Positions 11,230 through 24,021 of a DNA stretch of 45,673 nt are shown piece after piece. A program made the position numbers and the translations under genes. This DNA is from Octopus bimaculoides (lineage: Eukaryota), in contig NC_068993.1 of the NCBI RefSeq assembly GCF_001194135.2, positions 58,224,251 through 58,269,923 of the forward strand. Reading direction: 5' to 3'. The notes below the pieces were generated by a model. That model did not search any database and had not been told where the DNA came from. It saw nothing but the letters and a program-made list of their open reading frames with translations. Position 1 is the first letter of the stretch; each line of letters starts with the position of its first letter.

Positions 11230-11898
11230 ATGGAGTGTGAATGTCATAACATGCTTGTTATGAAAGTGAAAATACACAGTGAAAACGAGATTACTAAAAG
11301 TGTTCCGTTGCCAAGCGGGTGTAGCATGGCTGAAAGATTTAGAAGTACGCAGCCAGGAGTCGATGGGTTCTATCCTATTTGGCAGCATCGTGAACAAATT
11401 TGCTTTACCATTACATGGGATCAAGCAAATTCCTTTTCACTGAAATTGGGTGATTGCAAAGAGTGCGTAAAGTGGTTAGATAGACCGTTATCATTATCGT
11501 CTGGTCGAACCTCCTGGGACGAATGTCTTTCGATTGCTAATTTCTGGTCTATGGCCGCGGTCTTAGAGACGATTTCAGGGCAAGTCAAAATGACGAGTTT
11601 CCGGGCAAAGATTTATAAAAGTATAATTTGTACTGCAAAATGGGAAGAAATCCAAAGAGAAAGAATTCTTTTATGTCTTAAATCCCATCCCCTATTACCA
11701 TCCTGCCTTCCAATCATAATGGTATTTCCGCACTTTTCAGGACTACAGTGTTTTACCGTGAACCTAGTTGGATGGCCAACGGGTGCTATGCTTTGCCAAA
11801 GGGCAACCCGTGATTTTGTCCAGGACTACTTATTGAGCGGCCTCAGCTCACTTGTATATCTACAGGTCATTCCCCTATCCGCGAACTGGGTACCCTAA
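11230..11898 (+). CDS. 222-aa ORF of unknown function
   Basis: Longest gap-free, non-repetitive ORF in the window. No recognised motif and no splice context established. Confidence 0.25.
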   Translation: MECECHNMLVMKVKIHSENEITKSVPLPSGCSMAERFRSTQPGVDGFYPIWQHREQICFTITWDQANSFSLKLGDCKECVKWLDRPLSLSSGRTSWDECLSIANFWSMAAVLETISGQVKMTSFRAKIYKSIICTAKWEEIQRERILLCLKSHPLLPSCLPIIMVFPHFSGLQCFTVNLVGWPTGAMLCQRATRDFVQDYLLSGLSSLVYLQVIPLSANWVP

Positions 11899-12502
11899 AA
11901 AGGTACCGCGTGGTTTCACTGTATCGCGCTGATAATATAACAGAGTTACATTAAGTGAACACGTGATTGCTGAATGCCAAGCCCCTCCTGTAAACCCCTA
12001 CTTCAACTGAACGAAAGACTGAATCATCGTCGAGACCGATGGAGAGCCATATACTACATTATAGTCAGTATACATTGTGGAAAAGCTTACTTTTAATATA
12101 CAATGTATAGAATTTTGACTCCAACGAATCTTGGACGCTTCTATTGCGGACAAAAGATGGATTTTTCACAATTACTTTCTGAAAGACCTACACAAATATT
12201 TGAACGGTATATTAGTCCACTCCCTCCATCAAATCGAAATTGCCTGTACGTGTGCATACAGTATCACGCGTCAGATGTCGACGTGATCGCAGAGCAACGA
12301 GAGATAAAGTGTTTTGCTTAAAAGCACAACGCACCGCCCGATCCCGAAAACGAAATCACGATGTCGTGATCATGTGTGCAACACCTTAACCGACAGGCAA
12401 CCATATCCTTACTTCAACAATCATTTGATTGTTCCAAATTACCAATTTCTTACAAAGGAGAGACCTTATATAAAAACACAGCTAATTATAATAATTTATT
12501 AT

Positions 12503-12513
12503 CATTATTAATA

Positions 12514-12563
<50 letters not shown>

Positions 12564-12603
12564 ATCATTATCATCATTATCATCATCATTATTATTATTA
12601 TTG

Positions 12604-12693
<90 letters not shown>

Positions 12694-12708
12694 TGATCAT
12701 TATTATTA
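12503..12708. repeat. (ATT)n followed by (AAT)n (self-complementary microsatellite)
   Basis: Read directly from the sequence; the strand switch is near 12602. Confidence 0.95.
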
Positions 12709-13016
12709 ACCGACATTTGTGAAATGGCCATTGTATATGATGCAGAAATATTTTCCAATTATGCCAAACAGTTGAAGCCATAAATTCAAATATATATTTA
12801 TAACTAATGAAATGAAAATTAAGCTTTTATACGTATGTATATCAATTTCCAAACGATATTCAATAAATTCAAATTTTTAAGCCCATCATTGTTGGAACCT
12901 GCTATTTTGAAATTGCACAAATTTTCGCGAGTACTTTCAGCAAGTCACTTAACACAAAGAAACATAAACAAAACACACATATATATGCATTAATGCTTGT
13001 TATCTCAAATTATGTG

Positions 13017-13210
<194 letters not shown>

Positions 13211-13828
13211 ATACATATATAGACACACACACACCCACACACACATACGCACACAGGCTCATAAGCTCTCGCAGACAAACACAATATACATGAAAGGACA
13301 CTTTCAGTCTGACCACGTAGTGATGCAGTGGAATATGGTTGAATAAGTTTATCGTATGAACAGGAGAAGCTTTTTAGAGAATCGATTTATCTATTTCCTA
13401 ATACTTTCACATCGTTTATGTTTTGCATAGACGCTAAACTCTTCAGAATGCCGTACTAGAATGAGATACGAATGAAATGCTAAAATGCCAGTGCGAAAGA
13501 AAACAAAGAAAATAAATGAACATTAATACATATTCAAACTAAAAACAAACGCAGTCAACACACACACACACACACAAACACATACACACTTTTGAAAAAG
13601 TGTTTATAGAAACAAAGTAACGCAGTGTTAAGAGAGTATGTTCAAATTGCGTCGCAGAGCGTTGATTAGTTTGGAAATACCAAGAAAGGTTAATGTGGAA
13701 CGGGTACACAGGGTGTTATAGGAAATGAAGTACTATAAGACAGGAGATGAATTGAGAACGTGACTATGTCTGTTATCACCAACAAATTATATGTTTGAAG
13801 GAATAAATGCATGTGTGTAAGTTCGTAC

Positions 13829-13895
<67 letters not shown>

Positions 13896-16607
13896 NNNNN
13901 NNNNNNNNNNNNNNNNNNNNNNNNNNNNNNNNNNNNNNNNNNNNNNNNNNNNNNNNNNNNNNNNNNNNNNNNNNNNNNNNNNNNNNNNNNNNNNNNNNNN
14001 NNNNNNNNNNNNNNNNNNNNNNNNNNNNNNNNNNNNNNNNNNNNNNNNNNNNNNNNNNNNNNNNNNNNNNNNNNNNNNNNNNNNNNNNNNNNNNNNNNNN
14101 NNNNNNNNNNNNNNNNNNNNNNNNNNNNNNNNNNNNNNNNNNNNNNNNNNNNNNNNNNNNNNNNNNNNNNNNNNNNNNNNNNNNNNNNNNNNNNNNNNNN
14201 NNNNNNNNNNNNNNNNNNNNNNNNNNNNNNNNNNNNNNNNNNNNNNNNNNNNNNNNNNNNNNNNNNNNNNNNNNNNNNNNNNNNNNNNNNNNNNNNNNNN
14301 NNNNNNNNNNNNNNNNNNNNNNNNNNNNNNNNNNNNNNNNNNNNNNNNNNNNNNNNNNNNNNNNNNNNNNNNNNNNNNNNNNNNNNNNNNNNNNNNNNNN
14401 NNNNNNNNNNNNNNNNNNNNNNNNNNNNNNNNNNNNNNNNNNNNNNNNNNNNNNNNNNNNNNNNNNNNNNNNNNNNNNNNNNNNNNNNNNNNNNNNNNNN
14501 NNNNNNNNNNNNNNNNNNNNNNNNNNNNNNNNNNNNNNNNNNNNNNNNNNNNNNNNNNNNNNNNNNNNNNNNNNNNNNNNNNNNNNNNNNNNNNNNNNNN
14601 NNNNNNNNNNNNNNNNNNNNNNNNNNNNNNNNNNNNNNNNNNNNNNNNNNNNNNNNNNNNNNNNNNNNNNNNNNNNNNNNNNNNNNNNNNNNNNNNNNNN
14701 NNNNNNNNNNNNNNNNNNNNNNNNNNNNNNNNNNNNNNNNNNNNNNNNNNNNNNNNNNNNNNNNNNNNNNNNNNNNNNNNNNNNNNNNNNNNNNNNNNNN
14801 NNNNNNNNNNNNNNNNNNNNNNNNNNNNNNNNNNNNNNNNNNNNNNNNNNNNNNNNNNNNNNNNNNNNNNNNNNNNNNNNNNNNNATATATATATATATA
14901 TATATATACGTATATATAACTATGTAAGCAAGCAGACGCCCTTTATACATATGCATATGAGGGCACAGAGATTCTATGTGAATGAAGACAGTCGAAGCCA
15001 GCCAGCCAAAAATAAATTTCCTGGTCGTTACGTTTGAATTACACTGGTCAGTTGGACAGTTAAAAGCATAGCTTAACAACATCGATTCCTAGCGTCATAA
15101 GAGAAATATCTAACTCGAGACAATTCCCTTCAAAGTTGCGGCGTACTGTGGTGCAACCGCTACCTAAAGAAAATTAAATACTCACTCCAGGACAAAATCT
15201 GCTGCAACAGCGCATGAATATTATGTGGTAGAATCCACCACTCTCAAAATATGCGTTCCAAAAGCTCCTTACTTTCAGCAAGCACGTATTATGGACATAG
15301 GTGTCACAAGTTTTTGAATAGCAGCAAGAGAGTAGTGTGTTTTAGTTGTATAGGCGAGATTCCCAGTTTTATAACATAACGCAAAGACGACATAACATGG
15401 TAATATGAATAACGAAAAGAACCAACGCTGAAACATGTCCCCGGGGAAGGCAACAGCCATGAATTAAACATAGGGCTAATGTAGTGTGTGCGCGCGCGCC
15501 CGTGTGTGTTTATATATATATAACAGAAAACAAATTCTAAATACTCCTGCATCAACCCATTATCTCATTTTACCACTACTTCTTGGAAGAAGCCATAGTA
15601 CTCGCCAAAGTGTTTAGACATTAAAATGCAATGGAATACATACAAATATTTCACGCGAAAATGTAGGCAGAACCTAAGCATACATAAGTATTTCTTACGT
15701 CTCTGATATCAGCCTTCAGAGTCATTCGAAATCACCTGTCATTTAACTCTAATCCTAAATATAAGACCTGAAATAGTTTCAGCTTGCCAACATATAACAA
15801 AGGTACTACTCTTATCTACTAAGCAATCTCACACGCACACACTTATTTAACAACTGTAAAGGACATTTCCACTAAGTCGTCCAGACACTTAACTAATTTC
15901 ACTTGCGCAGGTTTGTCATCTGCAACACAACCACACACGTGATTAGCTTGAAAGCAGAACCACCTTCTAAAAACTGTGTAAAAGAACAGATATATTCGAC
16001 AGCGCAAGCGATCAAATGACCAACCACAACACCATCACACAACCAATCAAAAGGCGTCTCTTGACTACTCTTCCATTTCCATTATTTCTGATGCACCGAC
16101 GAATACGGTTGATGTCAGCCAATCAGTCAACAAGAAACTATAAGGTGTGAAGAAATAATCTACTTTACTAACAGTGATGAGTGTGTGTAATGATGTGTGA
16201 GTGTGTATGNNNNNNNNNNNNNNNNNNNNNNNNNNNNNNNNNNNNNNNNNNNNNNNNNNNNNNNNNNNNNNNNNNNNNNNNNNNNNNNNNNNNNNNNNNN
16301 NNNNNNNNNNNNNNNNNNNNNNNNNNNNNNNNNNNNNNNNNNNNNNNNNNNNNNNNNNNNNNNNNNNNNNNNNNNNNNNNNNNNNNNNNNNNNNNNNNNN
16401 NNNNNNNNNNNNNNNNNNNNNNNNNNNNNNNNNNNNNNNNNNNNNNNNNNNNNNNNNNNNNNNNNNNNNNNNNNNNNNNNNNNNNNNNNNNNNNNNNNNN
16501 NNNNNNNNNNNNNNNNNNNNNNNNNTTATTATGTAATTATGAACTTATCGGAACTGTAGTTTCGAAAATGGTAGCATTTATATTATATTATTGAAGTTCT
16601 CTATAGA

Positions 16608-16704
16608 TTAGAAGAAGAAGAAGAAGAAGAAGAAGAAGAAGAAGAAGAAGAAGAAGAAGAAGAAGAAGAAGAAGAAGAAGAAGAAGAAGAAGAAGAAGAA
16701 GAAG

Positions 16705-16759
<55 letters not shown>

Positions 16760-16768
16760 GCAGCAGCG
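16608..16768. repeat. (GAA)n-(CAA)n-(CAG)n compound microsatellite
   Basis: Read directly from the sequence. Confidence 0.97.
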
Positions 16769-17389
16769 AACAACGACGATAGGGGAGGTACTGGACGGCA
16801 CACATGTGGCTGGAGCTAGAGCAAAAGTTGTAATTAAATAAAAAATATATCGTAAATTAAATTAAATTTAGAAAACAGCTACTTAAATGGACAGCATCGA
16901 CAGTCTATACAAATCTCTATGTATGATCCATTATAGTTGTAAACAAAGCGTTGTGAAAGTAATTAATTGGGCGTTATCTATTATAATATATAATATAAAA
17001 AGCTGTGATAATGTCTGGCGGATGAATACGGCATGGTTATAAAAAAGTTATCTATTTAGTTTATATCTACCATTAAGAAGTGTTTTAAAAATTTATAAAT
17101 AAGTAAAAAGTAATTTTGGAGAGATGAGAAGATGTGTATGTGTGTAATCAGTAAGAAATGAATGAGATTGGGTAGAAGGATGGATGGTTGGACGGTTGGA
17201 TATCTTGGATGTAATGACTAGGTTAAAACATTAATTTTTATCAAAATAATGATTAAGAATCAATGAAGCGATGAAAGATGAGGTTAAGCACAATACAATG
17301 CTAACAAAAGAACACGAGGCTGAAAAAAATTACTTATCTTTATCATAAATACCCCTCTGAAAACTTGTTATATATTCATAAGCTATCAA

Positions 17390-17878
17390 GGCAGAAACGT
17401 TAAACCGCCGGGCGAAATGCTTAGCGGTATTTAGTCTGTCTTTATGTTCTGAGTTCAAATTCCGTAGAAGTCGACAATGCATTTCATTTTTTGCGTACTG
17501 GGGTCAATCTAATCGACTGCCCCCCACTCTCCAAAAATTTTGGACCTTGTGCCAAGAGTAGAAAAGAATCGTTAGCGGCATTTTGTCTGTCTTTATGTTC
17601 TGAGTTCAAATTTCGCCGAGGTCGACTTTGCCTTTCTTCATTTCGGGGTGGAAAAATTTAGTACCAGTTGCGTACTGGGGTCGATCTAATCAACTGCCCC
17701 CACCCCTCCCCAAAAATTTCGGGCCTTGTGCCATGAGGGGAAGAGAATCATTAGCGCACCGTACAAAATGCTTAGCGGTATTTCGTCCGTCTTTACGTTC
17801 TGAGTTCAAATTCCGCCGAGGTCGATTTTGCCTTTCATTCTTTAGGGGTGGATAAATTAAGTACCAGAGTAGAATAAG
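17390..17878 (+). mobile_element. head-to-tail trimer of SINE family B (about 180-bp period)
   Basis: TTCTGAGTTCAAATT(C/T)CG...GTCGA occurs three times; units start near 17390, 17571 and 17751. Confidence 0.88.
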
Positions 17879-17959
17879 GAAATAAACTAGTCAAAAATAA
17901 ATAAATAAACTCAGATCGCTTCGAACCACCTTTCCTGAAAAACCCTAAATTAAGGTGCA

Positions 17960-18096
17960 TACCGGATTATGCATGTTAGCCTTACAGAACGGCAAATAGT
18001 CTGTGCAGCAGAAATCCGTGCCAAGCAGCTCTACTCTTCGTGCTTTGGCTTCGTTACTATAGCAACAGTCCGGATACTTATTGATCAGACCACTTA
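17960..18096 (-). mobile_element. possible solo left end (TIR plus subterminal region) of a mariner-type transposon
   Basis: The minus strand reads TA-AGTGGTCTGATCAATAAGTATCCGGACTG, which resembles mariner TIRs from memory. No partner TIR found. Confidence 0.4.
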
Positions 18097-19177
18097 TATA
18101 TACACACTTATGCATACATACATGCATGTGTGTGTTTGTTATTTTTATATCAAGAATCACAGCCATTTATAATATTCAGCATGGATGTATCTATGCGTGT
18201 ACATATACTTTTAAACTGAATGTGTGTTTCCATCTGAAATGAGAATGCAATTGCATCACAAACTATATTATATAATGCTCCATATATTTTTGTGCGATTA
18301 TTTTCACACGTTTCCACACATATGTTACTACATGCGTAAGTGTCACTCTATCTCTGCCAATGTATACTTGCTAAAGCATTTTTATATCTTTTCATATCTC
18401 ATTTGCAGATAACAGAGAAACAAAGAAGCCAACTAACGTTTATTGAAAATTCCTACTCAAAAATATTTTTGCTAAAATATATACATTCAAGTAACCATAA
18501 AAACGCTTGAACACTTATCGAAATATATCATACGTTTAAAGGATGATAATATTAAAAACTTTAAAATCAGCTTGTCTAATAAAGATCACGCTTCCTCTTT
18601 GTTAATAATTCTTCAATGGTGGACGTTTTCTGACGGAGTAGTCTAACTTTTTTTCTGTAGCCTTTTGTAATCCTCTATACAAGATAAGAATTGGTTTATT
18701 CCATAGACAATTTCATCGCTATTTATTGAGAAAAACCTTCGCTACAAATGGCTGAAATCTTATATTTGCTACATAACGCATTTGCTATAGATTGAATAAT
18801 GTCGTTATTTATTGATACAAGCACTTCTTTCTTCGATAGCATGAATGCAGCATGGCTTACGTGTGATCAATACATATGATACTAAAGGCATGCAACTTCT
18901 GGCTTTCCATTTGAGTAGATTGAATGCCTGTATGTATTTGATCAGAGTTGTTTGGCAATACACGATAAGATACGTGTACTAATAGCTAATCATAACGGGA
19001 AAGGATTAAAAACTACAATTTTGCCTGTATATTCTATTACAACAGAGGTTGCTACGTTGATCGTTTGAATGATCGGCAACGTGGAACTCAAAATTATTAT
19101 TCAATGAGACTTTGATTCTGAAGCAAAATGTGTTTTTGGATGGGGAGGCATGTGATATACATATATTCATTTATTCC

Positions 19178-19370
19178 TTTCTTTTACTTGATTCAATCAC
19201 TTGACTGCGGCCAGGCTAGTGCACCACCTCAAAGAGCTCTTTTTTTGCGGAAGCAATCGAACCCAGGACTTATTCTTTGTAAGCCTGGCACTTATTTTAT
19301 CGGTCTCTTCTGCTGAAAAGCTAACATACGGGAACGTAAACACACGAACACCGGTTGTCAAGCGGTGATG
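19178..19370 (-). mobile_element. SINE family A, 3' half
   Basis: TTGACTGCGGCC...GGACTTATTCTTTGTAAGCC...CGGTTGTCAAGCG match the reverse complement of 1700-1890. Confidence 0.85.
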
Positions 19371-19527
19371 TGTGTATTTGTATAATATATAGGAAGACAG
19401 ACAGACAGACAAACAGATAGATACATACATACATAGTATATAAATAAATGTGTATTCACATATAAGTGGTAATGTATTTATGTAGACATATATATATAAA
19501 TGTATATATATAAACATATATATATGC

Positions 19528-19561
<34 letters not shown>

Positions 19562-19832
19562 GTATATATATGTATATACACATATATATTATTTTGTTTA
19601 AAAGAGTTCCAACACTGTCTGTTTTTTTATGTTTTACTTATATTCCTGCAGAACTAATGTGGAGTATAGAATATGGAATATACAATATATAATATAATAT
19701 ACAATATACAACATAAAATAAAATAAAATAAAAATGGATGGCACCATGAAAGAAAGTATTGAATGTAGATGAAATATTGAGTGTTCAATATAAAGGATCA
19801 AATATATAAATATATAAATATAAATATATAAA

Positions 19833-19872
19833 GGCGACTCGAGTTTCAGGGCTATTTCCCTTCGTCATGGCC
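19833..19872 (-). ncRNA. minimal type-I hammerhead ribozyme motif (Penelope/retrozyme type), with one extra A in the CUGANGA box
   Basis: The minus strand reads GGC-C(A)UGACGA-AGGG-AAAUAG-CCCU-GAAA-C-UCGA-GUC-GCC: stem I GGC/GCC, stem II AGGG/CCCU, 2-bp stem III with palindromic ACUCGAGU, and a GUC cleavage triplet. Confidence 0.65.
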
Positions 19873-19945
19873 GGTATGACAGACTTTAACAGACTGTCAT
19901 ATATATATATATACGTATATACATATTTATATACACGCACACATA

Positions 19946-20099
<154 letters not shown>

Positions 20100-21123
20100 A
20101 TTAAATGAGGTAGCTAGTTAGTAGAGTTTCACCAAAAGCAAAAACAATAAATATCAGTAAATATGGCCTACGCTGCTAGAAATAAGAGCTGAAGCAGCAA
20201 CGGCGCACTCCACCTCGTATTGCTACCAGGGTAGGTGTTCTAACACCTTCAGTTATATTTAAAGATATCTATTCTCTTATACATACGTGTGTATGTGTGT
20301 GTGTGTTTACATACACATGCACACACACATATATATACTCTCACATATTCACATACGTGCATGCATATCCACCTTTATGCGTATAACTAGATATATATTC
20401 AGCAAAGTGAAGCTAATGAGAAAAGTGAACAAAGAGAGTAAGTATCTAATGAAAATCGTTTACATATATTCCCATAAATTAGAATTTCATAAAATGTTTT
20501 ATTTAAAATTTCTTTCCTTTTGCCTCCATTATGATCTTGCTAAACACACACACTCATAAACACACACACACATACACACAAACACACATATATCTGTGTG
20601 TGTGTGTGTGTAAATATATATATATAAACGATTTTCATNNNNNNNNNNNNNNNNNNNNNNNNNNNNNNNNNNNNNNNNNNNNNNNNNNNNNNNNNNNNNN
20701 NNNNNNNNNNNNNNNNNNNNNNNNNNNNNNNNNNNNNNNNNNNNNNNNNNNNNNNNNNNNNNNNNNNNNNNNNNNNNNNNNNNNNNNNNNNNNNNNNNNN
20801 NNNNNNNNNNNNNNNNNNNNNNNNNNNNNNNNNNNNNNNNNNNNNNNNNNNNNNNNNNNNNNNNNNNNNNNNNNNNNNNNNNNNNNNNNNNNNNNNNNNN
20901 NNNNNNNNNNNNNNNNNNNNNNNNNNNNNNNNNNNNNNNNNNNNNNNNNNNNNNNNNNNNNNNNNNNNNNNNNNNNNNNNNNNNNNNNNNNNNNNNNNNN
21001 NNNNNNNNNNNNNNNNNNNNNNNNNNNNNNNNNNNNNNNNNNNNNNNNNNNNNNNNNNNNNNNNNNNNNNNNNNNNNNNNNNNNNNNNNNNNNNNNNNNN
21101 NNNNNNNNNNNNNNNNNNNNNNN

Positions 21124-21165
<42 letters not shown>

Positions 21166-23656
21166 GGGGGGGGGTTGTGCATGTGTATTTATATCTGTAC
21201 ATCTATATTGGCATGTGTTTGTGAGCATAAAACATACTTCAAATAGGTCATGTACTCCATATCATATATGGTTGAGGGTAATAATAGATTCTTTTATTAG
21301 TCTCTTTCTTTCTTTCTTTCTTAACCCTCTTTTTGTAGCGATGAATTAGCCGAGTGGTTAAATCATCGCAGCGAAAGCATTCAACATTTTGTTCAAGATA
21401 CTTATGTTCTCAGTTCAAATTACTGACGAGATGAATATTGGCTATTATGTTTCATAATAAGAGACATTCAAATACTGAGTTCGATTTTTCGCCTTTCTTT
21501 GTGTGTATATATATACATATAGAAAAAAATTAAGGTACTCAGAAACGTGGATGCTTGTACATTTACAGATTTTTATTAATGTGTAGGTTTTTCAAATTGT
21601 CGTGTAGGTTTTTCAAATTGTTTTTTGAAAAGATAAGATATCTTTCTACAAGTTCATGTATGTAAACACGCGTATCTGAACTCGCAATCACATATCCATA
21701 TTTTGATAAAAGAGGGAGAAACTCTGGCGAAGGTGGTACGAAAATGACGACCTTGATGTAGATAACATAGGTTGAACAATAACATGTACAAAAAATAGGA
21801 AAAGAAAACACCTTATGGCAACAATGTTAAGGCCTTCTTATCATAGAAAGACCTCTCATAGGTAATGTTGGTGCAAACTATTCCATATCTATATACATAT
21901 ATATGTATATATNNNNNNNNNNNNNNNNNNNNNNNNNNNNNNNNNNNNNNNNNNNNNNNNNNNNNNNNNNNNNNNNNNNNNNNNNNNNNNNNNNNNNNNN
22001 NNNNNNNNNNNNNNNNNNNNNNNNNNNNNNNNNNNNNNNNNNNNNNNNNNNNNNNNNNNNNNNNNNNNNNNNNNNNNNNNNNNNNNNNNNNNNNNNNNNN
22101 NNNNNNNNNNNNNNNNNNNNNNNNNNNNNNNNNNNNNNNNNNNNNNNNNNNNNNNNNNNNNNNNNNNNNNNNNNNNNNNNNNNNNNNNNNNNNNNNNNNN
22201 NNNNNNNNNNNNNNNNNNNNNNNNNNNNNNNNNNNNNNNNNNNNNNNNNNNNNNNNNNNNNNNNNNNNNNNNNNNNNNNNNNNNNNNNNNNNNNNNNNNN
22301 NNNNNNNNNNNNNNNNNNNNNNNNNNNNNNNNNNNNNNNNNNNNNNNNNNNNNNNNNNNNNNNNNNNNNNNNNNNNNNNNNNNNNNNNNNNNNNNNNNNN
22401 NNNNNNNNNNNNNNNNNNNNNNNNNNNNNNNNNNNNNNNNNNNNNNNNNNNNNNNNNNNNNNNNNNNNNNNNNNNNNNNNNNNNNNNNNNNNNCGAAACG
22501 CGAGATAAACTCTCTGAGTTTAAATCAAATATTCTTTCCGACATGTATTGAGTGTTTTCTCAAACGACGGACGTTAGTGTGAAATTTATCAATTCTTATA
22601 CTGTGTACAAGTTCAACTATTTAGAAATTATTAACAAGGAGGAAGCGTGCTTTTTAGTTAGACATGCTGATTTTAATGGGTTTAATGTTATTACCCTCAA
22701 AGTCATTTAAGTCAGACGAGTTGCTTATATAGCATTATAGGTTGAAGACCGAATGTTCGCCCTTTGACCCGCCATAACAATCAACCTTCTATGCATGTAC
22801 ATACATACATACATATATACATGCATGCATATATACATACATACAAACACGCACACAACATTTCTTTTACTACAATGGTTTTGACAACGACTTTGAAGTT
22901 TTGATTGGTGATTAATTTTTTTCAGACGCCATTTAAACGAAAACAACCACCTGTAGCAATAAACGTCAAATTTGTCAGCGATTAGACAACTTTTTTTGCA
23001 GTTCATTAGACACTGCATAAACCTTTTCTTGGCACGTGGAAATGTCATAGTCACATGTATTGAATAGCTTTTCTTAGAATCATTAGCAATGTTATGCAGT
23101 ACAATACAATATTGAAACTAAACTATGACATCTTAATATTAATTCTTCGATAGAACTAGTTGACTAAATGTCATGAGTGCTGAAAATAGAATGATGCGAT
23201 GTGTATAGAGCATATCAACTCCTGAATTTTCTCGTTTTCATGTTCAATATATATATATATTATATATACACAAACATATATATATATATATANNNNNNNN
23301 NNNNNNNNNNNNNNNNNNNNNNNNNNNNNNNNNNNNNNNNNNNNNNNNNNNNNNNNNNNNNNNNNNNNNNNNNNNNNNNNNNNNNNNNNNNNNNNNNNNN
23401 NNNNNNNNNNNNNNNNNNNNNNNNNNNNNNNNNNNNNNNNNNNNNNNNNNNNNNNNNNNNNNNNNNNNNNNNNNNNNNNNNNNNNNNNNNNNNNNNNNNN
23501 NNNNNNNNNNNNNNNNNNNNNNNNNNNNNNNNNNNNNNNNNNNNNNNNNNNNNNNNNNNNNNNNNNNNNNNNNNNNNNNNNNNNNNNNNNNNNNNNNNNN
23601 NNNNNNNNNNNNNNNNNNNNNNNNNNNNNNNNNNNNNNNNNNNNNNNNNNNNNNNN

Positions 23657-23985
23657 CTCCAGCATGGCCACGGTCATATGGCTGAAACAACTAAAAGAAT
23701 AAAAGAATATATATATATATTATATATACACAAACATATATATATATATATATGTTTTTGTGTGTATGTTTGTCCACCCCACCATCGTTTGAGAACCAAT
23801 GTTGGTGTGTTTACGTCTCCGTAACATAGCGGTTAGAATAAGTACTAGACTTACAATGAATAAATCCTGGGGGCGATTTCTTCGACTAAAGTTGGTGCTC
23901 CAGCATGGCCACGGTCATATGGCTGAAACAACTAAAAGAATAAAAGAATATATATATATATTATATATACACAAACATATATATA

Positions 23986-23995
<10 letters not shown>
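23657..23995 (+). mobile_element. SINE family A 3' half in a 241-bp tandem duplication
   Basis: About 97 bp starting at 23657 is identical to the stretch starting at 23898; the SINE A 3' body lies between them. Confidence 0.8.

Positions 23996-24021
<26 letters not shown>

Noticed and set aside
21581-21621. 21-bp tandem duplication GTGTAGGTTTTTCAAATTGT(C)
   Set aside because: An ordinary local slippage duplication.
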